Positions 49,561 to 62,670 of a stretch of 64,000 bases of DNA are shown here, one piece after another; positions within the stretch are counted from its first letter, which is position 1, and every line of letters starts with the position of its first letter. The translations under genes and the position numbers were made by a program. The notes below the pieces were generated by a model that did not search any database, was not told where the DNA came from, and was given only the letters and a program-made list of their open reading frames with translations. The stretch spans positions 16,478-80,477 of the forward strand of contig MQRK01181236.1 of the NCBI GenBank assembly GCA_001938485.1, read 5' to 3'. The DNA comes from Girardia tigrina. Taxonomy: Eukaryota.

Positions 49561-50343
49561 ATCATTAAGCTTTTTGTGGTCCTGCTTACATATTGTTTAC
49601 TGGTTAACAAGAATGACAAATAGACACAGAAATTAATATGTATTCTACAAAAATTGTAAGGAGTAAAGACAAGAAGAGCTAAATTTATATTTAAAAGTTC
49701 AGTCTTCGTTGCGATTGACAAAATTCTTCCAGTACTTAATATTTTTATGAGAGTTTATTACAATCAAAGCTGCCTGATTTCAAACTCCCTAATTTTACAA
49801 GCTGTGTAAATACAGATAAATATTTGGAACAAAAAGTCAACTTTTATATAATAGAATCTCCATAATTTCGCATTTTTCTTATTTAAGATTTTTTTAAAAG
49901 TTAGAAACTAGACTGAATTTAGAGTAAATTAGAAATATTAGTAAATATGAATTTATAAATCATCTGTGTACATTTTTGCACAACTATTAAATAATATAGA
50001 ATGAATCTTAAATTTAGATGTCAAAATTCTATTTTTTGTCCCCTTCAAAAATCAAAAGATTATCAAACATTGACCTAGATAATGTTAGTACCAATTCCAA
50101 ATCAACAGCTAATAACAAGGATAATAATGCTGGCAATTATTTTTAATCAAACGCAGGTTCTATTAGTTAATCGTGTAAAAGAGCTAACTGAAACTTCTGC
50201 TTCAGGGAACTCTTAACGATATATTTAAATAAATAAGATATAAAAAATAAATTTTAACTAAATTATATTTTAAAACGATATAAAAGAATTACAGAAAGAA
50301 AATTCGAGTTGTTGTTCGAATAGTTATTGACGATATAATTGTG

Positions 50344-50931
50344 CTAATCGTCAACAAGATTGGCAGAAGACGCGGTAGTTGAATAATTCATTTTGAAATT
50401 GGAATTATTGGTCCAGCTCGAGAGACATTCTTGGGATAAGAATTGGTTGTTGAGTTTATGGAACTCCGATGGCTTACTTGGACCGAGGACTTGCGTCTTG
50501 AAGTACGCCGCAAATGTTTCCTCAAAAGACGGCTCATGGGCGGCGAGAATGATCCGGCGAAGTTCGTCATACGGCTTCTGATGCTGGTACAAATGATCGC
50601 TGTGCTTGTACACCACTTGCATCAGTTCAGCCAGTAAGATCGCCAGAGTATTGAGGAAGAGAGTTGACTGTGCAGTGATGCGCTGCATCTTGAACCGCAT
50701 GTCGACCACACTCAACCATCCCTTCGGTGATCCATCACTGTCACTGAAATACGCCGGTGGGGGAATATTCGCAGTGATCGCACTGATACTCGGATCTGAA
50801 TCGTCGACGGGAGGTGGATTTATCCCGTATCCAATCCCCCGGGAAGATTCATGTGCACGATGCCACGTGCATGATCTGCGATTCCGTACGCGGCCCAGGT
50901 CAGGTGTGGTAGGAGTGGCTTTGCGGCACAT
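50344..50931 (-). mobile_element. Ty3/gypsy gag fragment
   Basis: PKGWLSVVDMRF...ITAQSTLF...PYDELRRIIL...LGPSKPSEF, a capsid-like pattern. Confidence 0.65.
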
Positions 50932-53139
50932 TCAAGCCAAAAACCGGTACGGAATATTTTAGCAAGTGACGCAATTACATCATTTATTCGCGCCTCAAGG
51001 GCGACCGTCATCGTCGAGCTGCCAAGAGCCCCCTTAAATGTGATTTCGATCATTATTCGACCGAAATGACAGCGAGTTATGTCGTTTGTTGCTTGATAGA
51101 GTCGGTTGGAGTGATGGCACTTTTCTGTGGGTAGTGTTATGGACGACAACAACACAAATCGGGCAGCAGTAGCACCAAAAAAGATTTTATATTGTGTATT
51201 AAATAAAATTATTAAAATATTAACATATAAAATATTATTATTTATTATTATAATTATTTATTATTTATTATTATTTATTATTATTATTATTTAACAAAAA
51301 TGACAAACGGAACGGTTTGTAAATCATTAAAATCGAAATACAAATTATCGAACAGTCGGAGTCTGTGGGCGATACGTTTGAGCGGGGCGAACGCGATAAT
51401 TTATGTGATCGATATCGGCGACACTAGTCACTTCAATTATTAAATCAGAATTAAATATTAAATCTTAATATTATCAAACCAGAATTAATTAAACTTTTAA
51501 ATCAGAACTCACTTGGACTGACATTGACAACGGAACGCCACGGTAATAATATGTTAATCTTTAAAACAACTCTATCATGCACACTAATTCTAATATGTCC
51601 TACTATATACATCTATCCCTAACAACTCATCCTGATCTCACCATCTCCACTTCCCTCGGCTCTACAACACTACCTAACACTGTCTCCTTTCGACTCATTA
51701 CCTTCGCATGACATCGGTCTCTTAACCACTTTGTCGACGTTTCACAAGTCGAACCACGATCGCGAGCTATTAATGTATTCTCCTCGTAGTTTAACAATCG
51801 ATTGGGATAGTAAATAAGAATAACACGAAAGGTATTCATTAAATACATATATTAAATCGAAAATATCATAATATCGCATTGAATAAAAAACTAAACAGAA
51901 TGGGATTTAATGTTATAATCGTCATACGAAGCCTCAATACATAATATGAAATGAATAAAGAAAATAAAACGAATTAGAGCATATCAAAATGATAATTAGA
52001 TATTGTATACCTTCCGTAACTGTGTCGTTTGGAACTGATAATAGATTACGAACAATATTTCAACGTGTAATATTCGTGCAAAACAATCAAAGTTATAATT
52101 CGTCGAAGAACTTGGTATGAGATTTTTTAAGAAAATTGTACTTCAAAGATAGAGTTTTTTAAAAATTGTGAAAATTGTGTGTCTGAAAATATTGGGTGTT
52201 TTGTGTGTTGTGCCGTCAGGATGTGCACGGCATATATATTGGATTGGTTGCACATCCATTCCGACGTTCTTGGGAAGTCTGTAGGTCTTTTAAAAACATT
52301 TTGTCATCATTTGTCTTTATCCTGTTTACATGACAGGAAGGAGGGAAGGGGGGAAAACATGATTGCAAGATTCGCAATCAGTGTAATTCGTCTGAACTGA
52401 TTATTTATCATTCAGCATCTGGTTCTCTGATTATTCCATTTGTTTATCAATGACAGAGAGGATTACGTGTAGCACATCCGTTTCCGTTTAAGCAGTTGCA
52501 GACTGTTAATAATAATCAAGTAGAATTATTCTTCACTGTCATTCACATTTAATCAACCTACACTTCAGGCAACTATGTCGCGAACCTCCGGCCGTCTTCT
52601 CTGTCATGCGGCGGCACTGCATCGTCGTCCGTGTGTATCACACAGGATGTTCGAGGATTCCTTAGATTTACCGGCATTCAGGTAACATGTGTCATTTAAG
52701 TAAACATTTCGTGGAGACATTCTGATTTAATTATCAGGTTTACACTCTTGGGATGTCTGTGGGTTCAACTCGGGTAAAACTCGGCAGTTACATGATTCAC
52801 ACTGAATCATCACTGGTAATTTTTAATTAATCAAGGTTTTTAATTAAATTTTTCTTTCTCTTTAGGGTCTCTGCAAGGTTTCCTGAAGTTGGCCTCGACG
52901 GAACTGTAACGTAACCTACTCCAAGGGACCTTCCTCTTCATCTCAATTTAAAATGAAAGACTCTGTATTTAATATGAAAAAATATGAATTTTATATGAAC
53001 AGATAAATTAAATATGAAAAAAATCTTAATTTATTATGCAAAATAGACTCAAAATGTAAAATTTTTATTCATAGTTATTTAATTTTCTTCTTTGGTGGCA
53101 AGATCAATTGCAAAAGTTTGTATTTATAAACATTTTTCA

Positions 53140-53290
53140 TGATAAATTGATATTTTTTCGAATTAAATACAGATTTTTTGATATCAAATTGATATTTTTT
53201 CGTATTAAATACATAATTTGCTTATTAAATCGATATTTTTTCATACTAAATTGATATTTTTCATATTAAATTGATATTTTTTCATATTAA
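53140..53290. repeat. Minisatellite of about 20 bp (TAAATTGATATTTTTTCATA-like)
   Basis: About 7 diverged tandem units. Confidence 0.7.
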
Positions 53291-53818
53291 ATGTTAATAT
53301 CAATTTTATAATTGTATTAAAATTTTTCAACAAAATTGTCGAGTTCGTGAATTCGGAAATTAGACAGATTCAGCATAACATATGTATTATAAATTATATA
53401 TACGACTGTCCTAGTTTCGGACAAATTAAATTTGACTTTAAATGTTTTGTGGCTGTATATTTGTCAGATTGTCTTTAAAAGCATTATATTGAGGATGACA
53501 ATATGATTTTGCTAGGATATCAATTACTTATCAACTAAATATAACTATATTTAAACGCGATTAATAGAATATGTAAAATATTTAATTTAAACGCACCGCT
53601 TAGGTGAAGTTAAATCAAATTTTAAAATATTCAATACTCCAGCAGCTTTTGTTCCCTTTTGACTATAATAATTAAATAAAATTTAAATTAGTATTTAAAA
53701 ATATTTTTTCAATAAACATCGAACAAAAATTTTAGATAAAATGACCGACAAAGAATCACAATTAAAATATATTTAATCGGGAAAGAACATTAAAATTTAT
53801 TTACAAAGTAACGATAAA

Positions 53819-55375
53819 TCATTGTTTTAAATTTCTTCTTTTAAATCCCGGTATCGTTCTTGCTTTTTCTTTCAAAATGTTCTGTTTATTTTCCTTACGT
53901 TTTTCTCTTTGATTTTCTTTTATTTGTTGCTTTCTCAGCTTTTTCTCTTCTGTAGTTTCATTTAACGGTCGTTTTAAATGGTTATTTGAGTCTTCCGTTT
54001 TTACGATCGTTTCTACATTTTCTATATTTAAATCGTTTTCTTCATCTTCTTCTTTGTTTTCTTCACTCTCGATTTCGTCTTCTTTTAATTTCATTTTCAG
54101 ATTCTTCAAAACCGCTTTATGAGTCTTCATCGATTTCTTAAGTCTCGGTCGAATGTCTCTCAACTCCTCCGTCATTCCAGTGACAGCCGCATACGGACAA
54201 TTCGCAATATAACTCGAATCGCTTCTCAATTTCTTGTAATCCTTCACAAACGCCAACACATCATTCAAGTTCCGTGGAATATGACAATGAAGGAAGAACT
54301 CATCCTCTTCGGCGTTTTGATAATAATCACTTTGCTCGATTAATTTTTTAATGGCAATCGATAATTCTTCTTGATTAGACGTCGAGCAAATCGTCGGATC
54401 GACAACGAAATCGAAAAACTCTCTCAACGACACGGTTTTGATTCCCTTATTCCGGAAAAACGTGTTCATTGTGTGACAATCTTTTCTGAGAAAATTAAGC
54501 GCCTCCGGGTGGAAATGTTCGACACTTTGCGACACATCGATCATCCAAATTTTCCCGTCGTGATAGAGAAGATTATATTCACTCAAATCGGCGTGAATCA
54601 ATCGACAATTTTGGAACAGCACTCTCACATATTTCACGATCTGTTCATATAACTCCACCCACTCTTCCTCGGTCTCAAATTCAACGTCCTTCAATTTAGG
54701 AGCGGCATCTCCCATCGATCCAATCATCGACATCACAAGCACCATGCTTTTCTGTTTAATCGGACGCGGACACGGAATCAAGCCATTAGTTTCTGAGATT
54801 CTAATCAAATTCCGGAACTCTTTCTCCGCCCAATTCGTCACCAATTTTGTGGAGCTGCTCAAATTCGCGTTGCGAAACCGAAAATCGCCATTCATATATC
54901 GATCTCGCTTTCGGAACGGCATAATCGATGTCATGTAGACTTTGATCACGAGATCCTCGCCGGATTCTGTGGGCGCGTGATACACATTCGCCTCTTTGCC
55001 CGCGCTGATGTTCCCGTTTACCGAGGAGAAGATCTTCTGTCTCATCATCTTGAACATAATCGTCTTCGATCTATCATCTAAAACCCGATCGTACGTCGCA
55101 TTATCGGACTTGTCGGTCGACTTCGAGTTCGATTTCACTTTAAGCAAATCCATTTTGTCTGCCCAACTCGAATAATGCAATTGATTGTCGGCTTTGAATT
55201 GCGATTTTCCCGTTTTCAATTCAAACGATTCGATTTGATCTTCGTCGAGTTCGTAATCGGAACTGTCATTGATTTCGAGTTTTTCGATTTGTTCAATTTC
55301 AACGATTTCCGTTTCATCGTTTTCAGCGTTGTCGAATTGACCGGTTTCGGCCAGCTGGTAAATATCATTGTACAT
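53819..55375 (-). CDS. RIOK1: Serine/threonine-protein kinase RIO1, single exon
   Basis: SAGKEANVYHA, RDRYMNGDFRFR, WAEKEFRNL, HADLSEYN, IDVSQSVEHFHPEALNFLRKDC; acidic then basic C-terminal tail. Confidence 0.96.
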   Translation of the reverse strand: MYNDIYQLAETGQFDNAENDETEIVEIEQIEKLEINDSSDYELDEDQIESFELKTGKSQFKADNQLHYSSWADKMDLLKVKSNSKSTDKSDNATYDRVLDDRSKTIMFKMMRQKIFSSVNGNISAGKEANVYHAPTESGEDLVIKVYMTSIMPFRKRDRYMNGDFRFRNANLSSSTKLVTNWAEKEFRNLIRISETNGLIPCPRPIKQKSMVLVMSMIGSMGDAAPKLKDVEFETEEEWVELYEQIVKYVRVLFQNCRLIHADLSEYNLLYHDGKIWMIDVSQSVEHFHPEALNFLRKDCHTMNTFFRNKGIKTVSLREFFDFVVDPTICSTSNQEELSIAIKKLIEQSDYYQNAEEDEFFLHCHIPRNLNDVLAFVKDYKKLRSDSSYIANCPYAAVTGMTEELRDIRPRLKKSMKTHKAVLKNLKMKLKEDEIESEENKEEDEENDLNIENVETIVKTEDSNNHLKRPLNETTEEKKLRKQQIKENQREKRKENKQNILKEKARTIPGFKRRNLKQ

Positions 55376-56956
55376 TTCAAATTGTCGGTTTGTAAAATTG
55401 TGAATATTAAAACAAAATATGACGTTTGATTTTTGTGAAATTGAAAAATATTATTATTTATGTTAATTGGAGAAATTTAATTGTTTGAATGTTTTGTTAA
55501 TAATGAAATTTTTACTTTGTAAAAAATATTTGATTTCGGTAATTTTAAAATATAGAAAAATAATATATTTTGTAAAAGTATTGTAGTTTTAAATATTCAC
55601 ATTTATTTTTCTCTATTATTGCATGAAACACTTCCGTGAAGCAGAAATAGAATATTACATCATGAAATTAATTCTCATTGAATCCATAAATCAAAACATG
55701 ATTAAAATCCCGCACAAAAATCTTCTAATACATGGTAATTATTTTCTAACATGATTCAAAATTTAAAATTAAAGCTGATTGAAAAAAAAGATTAAATTAT
55801 TCCATCTATTTCAAAATATGGCACAAAAAATAATTTCTATATTTTAAAAAATATAATAAAATTATAATTGAAAAAAATAAAGAAAATATTTAATTTTGGT
55901 CAATAGAATATTTTATTAACCAAAATTAGAATTATATTTTATAACTGTTGAGTGTTAGTTGTGTTTTATAAAAATTTAGTAAGAACACAATGATTTTATT
56001 AAAATGTATTTTATATCTACAATTTACAAATAAAAATGTTTTGTAAGAGAGTAATATTTTATTGGTCCCTGGCCGATTTTATATTGAAGAACCGAGAGCC
56101 TTTAGCGACAACTAGGGTTGATTAAATGTTTAGTTGGGTCACACTTTACAGCGTGCTTATATAGAATTATATGATTTTTTAATAGTTATATATATTTTTT
56201 TATAATTACTTTTTCTCTCTCTTGATAATTTTTTGTTTGGACTTTTTCAGCCTTAGTTAATCTCGTTCAAATCCTTTCGATTTGATTGTTGAACTTTTAA
56301 ATTCAATTACTCTGAGTTGTGATCTTTTTCTCGTCTTAATTTATATGAAGCTTTTGACTTGGGGGGTTAATCATTAATTCGATAACTATGTCGGCGTCTA
56401 GTCAAAAATTTAAATAAGTCTTTTCTCTTGACAAAATTTACATGAATCTTCAAAACAATTTCTCTCTCTTGTCCTTAACTCTGACGTTTTTATATATATT
56501 TTTTTAGGTACTTTCTTTGTAAATTAAATTTATTTTTTATTTTTTAATTTTAATTTATTATTTTCCTATATTTAATCTAAATTTGTTTTTTCTTTTATTT
56601 ATTTAAACTTTTCCTATTTGTTGAGGGAATATTTCAAATTTATAATTTTATAATTTATTAAGTATTGTTTAAATCAACAAATAAATATTAATAAACAATT
56701 TTATTTTTTTTCATAGATGGAATATTTATGATAATATATATAAAATTATATTTTTTATATAAATAAATAAAATATTTAAGAGAATTTGAACAAATAGAAA
56801 GAGAAAAGAAAGATAAATAATTGCAAGAAAAGAGTAAATTATTTATTTAAATTAAAAATAAAATTAATTAATTAATAAAAAACCTGTCATTATTAATTAA
56901 CAAGTACAGGAGTTTTAGAATTTTAAAAGTTTTAAGTTTCAAGTTTAAAGAGTTTA

Positions 56957-57040
56957 TTTGAAAGACGAGAAGTCAAGTTAAAAGATTATTTTGAAAGACG
57001 AGAAGTCAAAGAGTTATCTATTTTGAAAGACGAAACGTCT
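56957..57040. repeat. Three tandem TTTGAAAGACGA(GAAGTCAA) units, probably within an LTR relic
   Basis: Direct repeats visible in the sequence. Confidence 0.6.
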
Positions 57041-57233
57041 AAGAACGTCACATAAATTATTTATTTGCCGTATTTAAACGAGCCAGAAAATCAAGAGAGT
57101 TCAGTTGTTAAATCACACCGAAAGAGTGCGAAGTTGAAACTTAACAACAAACATTTAACCCATACTGAAATAGTATGAAGAAATTCTTAAAGTAATTCCT
57201 GAAAATATTTTTTGATTTAAAGATTATTATATC

Positions 57234-57236
<3 letters not shown>

Positions 57237-57273
<37 letters not shown>
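57237..57273. repeat. (TA)n microsatellite at a gap edge
   Basis: Pure TA run. Confidence 0.9.
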
Positions 57274-57526
57274 NNNNNNNNNNNNNNNNNNNNNNNNNNN
57301 NNNNNNNNNNNNNNNNNNNNNNNNNNNNNNNNNNNNNNNNNNNNNNNNNNNNNNNNNNNNNNNNNNNNNNNNNNNNNNNNNNNNNNNNNNNNNNNNNNNN
57401 NNNNNNNNNNNNNNNNNNNNNNNNNNNNNNNNNNNNNNNNNNNNNNNNNNNNNNNNNNNNNNNNNNNNNNNNNNNNNNNNNNNNNNNNNNNNNNNNNNNN
57501 NNNNNNNNNNNNNNNNNNNNNNNNNN

Positions 57527-59052
57527 TATTAATATACAATCATTTCTTTATTGATTATAAAATCATTTCAAAAATTTACCTTACAGCGTTAGTGAGGCAG
57601 TGAGGCAGGCAGTGAGTGACTTGGGCTTTTATAAGATAAAATATTTTAACAAAATAAGATGAGACTTCTTTTCTCAAATTCATAAAAACACAACTAACAC
57701 TCAAAAAATTTGGCGCCCACCGTGGGGCTATACACGTTTCAATATAATCAACGAAATAGATTTTATTGAACTTAAGTCACCTTGTTGAGTTTATCTTGTG
57801 TTTTTTTTCATTAAAAGAATACAGTTTAAAGCCAAATAAAAATACAAAACGGAGTTAAGGAATAGAACAATAAAAATAGAGATTATACCCAACACAATGA
57901 GTAAAAAAAACAGGGCAAATAAGAATACAAAAATCATTAGATTTTCTTCCATTAGATAAATTTTCATGCAAACAAGAAGACTTTGACACATATTTTACAG
58001 AATACAAAAACTATGCCATAGCATGTGGTTGGAAAGAATTAGATATGATTAAAAGACTCCCATTATATTTACAAGGTTACACTTTACAAGTATTTGAAAC
58101 AATAAATAAAGAGTTAACAGAAATTGATAGGGTAATAAAACAGTTTAGAGAAATAGTTATAATAGATTCAGAATTAAATAAAATATATACTAGAGCATTC
58201 AGAAATCGTAAACAGAAATCTAAGGAAACAATAACAGAATATAGCTTCGCACTAAATAAATTAGCAGATAAAGCCTTCGGAGAGAGAGCTAGAGTAGGAT
58301 CAATTGTTCAAGATCAGTTTTTAGAAGGTATACATGAATATATAAGAAATGCATTGGTATTAATTGATTATACAGACTATAATGATTTAGTACAAAAATC
58401 TCGACGTATCGAAGCTCATAATATCGATAGAAATAATATTGAAATTTGTGCCACAGGTTCACAACCTATTTTTAAGAAAGATGTAGATTCGAGGAACAGT
58501 CACCCTTCCGAAAAGAGGGGAGGTGGTGGTTTCTCGAATCGATCTAATAATAATAATGGAAATGTAAGAAATGATGATGGAGAGGAGCGCAATAGTTTTA
58601 ATAGAGGCCGAGTAAATAATTATAGAGGAAATTATAGAGGTCAAAATAATAACAGAAGGGGTAATAATTATAATAATAATAATAGATGCAATAATAATTA
58701 TCGAGGTTCAAGAGGCAATTATCAAGGAAATAACAATAATAATTATCGGAATAATAATACTGGTTTTAATAAAAATAATTACAATAAAAGAGGTCAGGTA
58801 AATCAAGAATGAGAAATGAAATGTTTTACATGTCAAGGATGGGGTCACCTGGCAAGGTCCTGCCCATCAAATAGAAAATATTTTCCTCAAAACATAAAGC
58901 GACCGATACATGGAGTAGAGGTCGAAGATATAGATAAAGGAGAAGATAAGGATGTTTTAAACTATATTCCAGTTGGAATGCTGGAATATATTGAAATAGA
59001 AGAATTACGAGAACAAATTAGAGAACAAAAATTCAAAATCAACGATGTTTAA
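57527..59052 (+). mobile_element. Ty3/gypsy 5' portion: LTR end, tRNA-Lys PBS and gag with CCHC knuckle (inactive, truncated)
   Basis: PBS TGGCGCCCACCGTGGGGC at 57711; LPLYLQG, RKQKSKETITEYSFAL, DQFLEG; CFTCQGWGHLARSC in frame after one TGA. Confidence 0.88.
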
Positions 59053-59403
59053 TACTTCTCATTTCAATCTGAACTAACTTGAAGAAAATTATTTTATTTA
59101 AATGATTTAATTTAAATTTTATTGGCTAAAATAAAATTACTTTTTATAATCATTTTTAAACATTAATTTTTATATTAATTATTTAAAAATTTACAAAAAA
59201 CATCAATAATATTATTTAAAATTTACAATAATAAAAAATAAAAATTTGAATATTAAATCTAAATTTAAATAAATTAGTTTCAGATTATAAGAATTAAAAT
59301 ATTAATCATCCATCTGATTAGGAGAGGCACAATCCCAAATCAACACACAACATTTAAACATAAAAACACTACACAAAAACATCAACACACCAAATATTCC
59401 TCA
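59045..59403 (-). mobile_element. Partial LTR, family A
   Basis: Close match to 22076-22208 and 23460-23785. Confidence 0.7.
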
Positions 59404-60026
59404 ATATTATGAAAGTAAATTTTAAAAAAATATTATTAAATAATAAAATCCAATAATTAAATAAAGTTTTCAAAAAAATTACAATAAATAGGTTACATAA
59501 ATGATTTGCTTTGTTTACCGCCTAATTGCACTATTTTGTTTATTTATTTTTATTAAATTCATTTCAAATTTGTAAATCCGGGAGTAGTATTTACCGTATT
59601 TGAATGAATCACTGATGAATAAAATCTGTGTGTATGTGCGAATATGATTGCGTATGTGAAAAAAATCGTTCAATTGGGGATGGGTGTGTGTGTGTGTTAA
59701 TTGTGTTTGTTTTTTTTAATTGTCCAAAAGAACATTGTAGAAAAATAAAACGATTGTGATTTGATGTGTGTTATTGGTTAAGATCAACAACTGGAATTTG
59801 TCAGTTTTAATTGTAAAAAAATGTGTGCAATTAACAATTTAGTCTTTGTAACAAAAATATGTGTTCAGAAGAAAAAATGTTGTGTTTAAAATAAAACTGT
59901 GGATTATGAAAAATTAAATTTGAATTAAATGACATTTGAATTTGGATCACGACTAAGTCATATATTATATCAAATTAGTTGTTTCTTTCAATTAGTTAAA
60001 TTTAACGACCAAAAAACGATTTCCTA

Positions 60027-60266
60027 ATGAATCAAACGAGTGAAGAGAAAAAACAATGTTACTTTCATTTGGCGAGTAAATTTCCAAATTTGAAAGCTCA
60101 TTTCATAAATGAAGCGGTCGATAAAGTCGAATTCTCTTACGATAAAATCGAGGAAAACCTTCAAATGTGTTCAGAAACTCCATCATCTGCTAAGAAAAAT
60201 TCTTGTGATAGCACATCTTCGGGTAAACTATATTCTTCCGGCTCGTTGAACAGTGATTCTCACTAG
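60027..60266 (+). CDS. Short ORF with CUE/UBA-like N-terminus (possibly a pseudogene)
   Basis: HLASKFPNLKAHFINEAV followed by a Ser-rich tract; frame continues about 25 codons past the TAG. Confidence 0.3.
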   Translation: MNQTSEEKKQCYFHLASKFPNLKAHFINEAVDKVEFSYDKIEENLQMCSETPSSAKKNSCDSTSSGKLYSSGSLNSDSH

Positions 60267-61142
60267 TCCGATCCTAACAGTCCTTCACTTGAAACTCCAT
60301 ACAGAAATTCGAGTGAAGTTCTTTCTCGTTCTCAGTATTAAGTGGAGGCACGGTTTCCGCAACAATCATTATGTATATTGTGTACTACGAATACTTTTAT
60401 GATTTTATCCATCGGCAACTAGTAACCCGTAATTAAAAACATTGATATCGTTGGTTGTCTCCTTGACTTGGTCCACGACACACTTCGGTCTGGTAAATGT
60501 TGTTAAAAACGATCTGGACACGTCTTTGTTATGCAAATATTTTCTCTTTGAATTAAATTCGTTCCATAGTAGACGACAGTCACCTGGTAGGGGACCATCC
60601 ATATATTATGTACGCACTGAAGGGAGAGGGGGGTTTTTAAATTTAAAAGATTTTGCGTATGGGTGCGTATGATAATGGGGGTGGGTAATTATTAAATATG
60701 TACACATGCAATGGTTTTCTTAAAAACATCTTTTTATTTTTCTGCTCTGTGAACACACCATCATTCTATCAACAAAGGTGGAATATAAAATCTAATAAAG
60801 AATTAAATGTTGGTGTAAAAATATAGAGTTGGAATTGTAAGATTCCCTGACATATAGTTGTTGTTCTGTTCCTTTTCGCTTTACTCTAATAATATAGGGG
60901 ATTTTGCATATAATGCACACAGCCAGCATTTGTTATGATACAGTGTTTGTTGGAAGAAATTTAGAACATTGTATAAAAATCTTAAGTGGTTGTCAAATTA
61001 ACTTTGGATGTCCAAATTTTACACTTTAATTTTATGTCCAAGATGCACTAATATGCAAAATTACCGTTTTTACAGCTTTATATGCCTAATTTTTACATTA
61101 TAGTTAATCATTTTTATGTATACACCTATTCTTGTTTTACTA

Positions 61143-62670
61143 TGCCAACAAGGCATTTATATGTCAGATGACTGATGTACTATGTGTTTTCATCCATTTT
61201 TTATCGAATTAATGGAAATTTTAATTTTATAAAGCAAATTTTATGCAAAGTAAGATTATTTTATATAATATTTTTTTATATATCAATTATATAAATTTTT
61301 TAAAGATTTTAAAATTTAAATAATAAGACCTTTTTAAAATAAATAACATTTATTAAATAAAATAACATTTATTCTAAAACATCCTCTTTTAAAAGGGACT
61401 CCGGAAAAAATGTCTTGATGTGCTTAAAATACTTCGATAAATTCGAGTATTCCTCTTTCGCAACCTCAGTTGTACCTCAGGTTGACCAAGCACTCCACTT
61501 TTTGATGCTGAGAAATATCAGAAAATGCCGTTCTTGTGACACTCTTCCGAACGCTTTGTTTGACCTTGCTGAAAACCGCTTCGATCGGATTCAGGAAAGG
61601 GGAGGACGGAGAAAGTTGCATAATTTCCAAGTGATTTGGGGTTGTTATTCCCAGATGTATGGAAGCATTATCGTGGATAATGTAATGCTTACTTTCAGGC
61701 AATTTCATGATGAGTTCGATAATGAAGGTTTGATAAACCTCCCGATTAACGGAACCACTTACCACTTTGTAATGGACGGGTCCTTTCTTCGATGTTGCCA
61801 TGATTAAACTCTGGTTCCTCCCTCTATTAGATGGAACTGTCGCGTAGATCCTGGTTCCCTTTCTTGACCGTCCAGTGGTTTTCCGAGTCCAAAGGTTGAA
61901 GCCCATCTCGTCCACATAAATACATTCTTTCGAAGAAATAGCTTTCTTCAAAAATTGGTGGACATATTGTGACCGTAGGTCCTTCACCCGATCACTATTG
62001 CGCTGCTCCACAATATTTCTCACCTTCTTCACCGTATAAAATCTTCCATCCAAGAATCTGGCGATTGTTGAGGTGGAACAGGAAACTCCAACACTGTCGA
62101 TTAAATATTGCTGAATTTCTTTTAAAGTAACTTCTGCATGCTCTTCTATATAATCCATGATTTTTGTTGCTGCATCCTCCTTGATGATACATTTCTTGTG
62201 GCCACCGATATGCCCAGTTGATATTTGTCCTGTTTTTCGGAACCTGTAAATCATTCCGCGTACGGTGCGCCGTTTTAACCCCAATTGATTACCCAAGAGG
62301 TAATAATCTTCATCCATTTCGAAGGCGTTGATTATTCTTCTTTTATCCACTTCAGATACCCTAATAATTAATTCAAACTTGATCATAATTGAAAAAAAAT
62401 ACATTTTTCGGTCTCTCTTCTTGCTCGGTTCGGTATTCTCCGATGCGGTCGATGTGCTGTAAATAATATATTGATAATTATAATCTACAAAACCTTTTAT
62501 TTACCTTTTTTCGCTACAACTTTCGGTTTCCGAGCTTGCGCTACTTATGTCAGAATAGACTGCATTCATAATTTTACAAATTAATTTTAAAATTTTAAAC
62601 TTTTTAAAATGTATATATAATAATGATTATGAATATATAATAATGCTTATAAAGAAGGTGTTTGTTGGCA
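61143..62670 (-). mobile_element. Tc1/IS630-type element nested in the Harbinger MITE
   Basis: Short TIRs TGCCAACAA / TTGTTGGCA flanking the transposase. Confidence 0.65.
61466..62569 (-). CDS. Tc1/IS630-family DDE transposase, 3 exons (62505-62569, 62403-62456, 61466-62360), probable frameshift near the C-terminus
   Basis: YVDEMGF, HDNASIH, SPFLNPIEAVFS; two GT-AG introns (48 and 42 nt), both phase 2. Confidence 0.8.

Noticed and set aside
54119-55429. Plus-strand ORFs overlapping RIO1
   Set aside because: Antisense shadows of a GC-richer coding sequence
53140-57040. Short spaced repeats as a CRISPR-like array
   Set aside because: Eukaryotic context, degenerate units and no unique spacers of regular length
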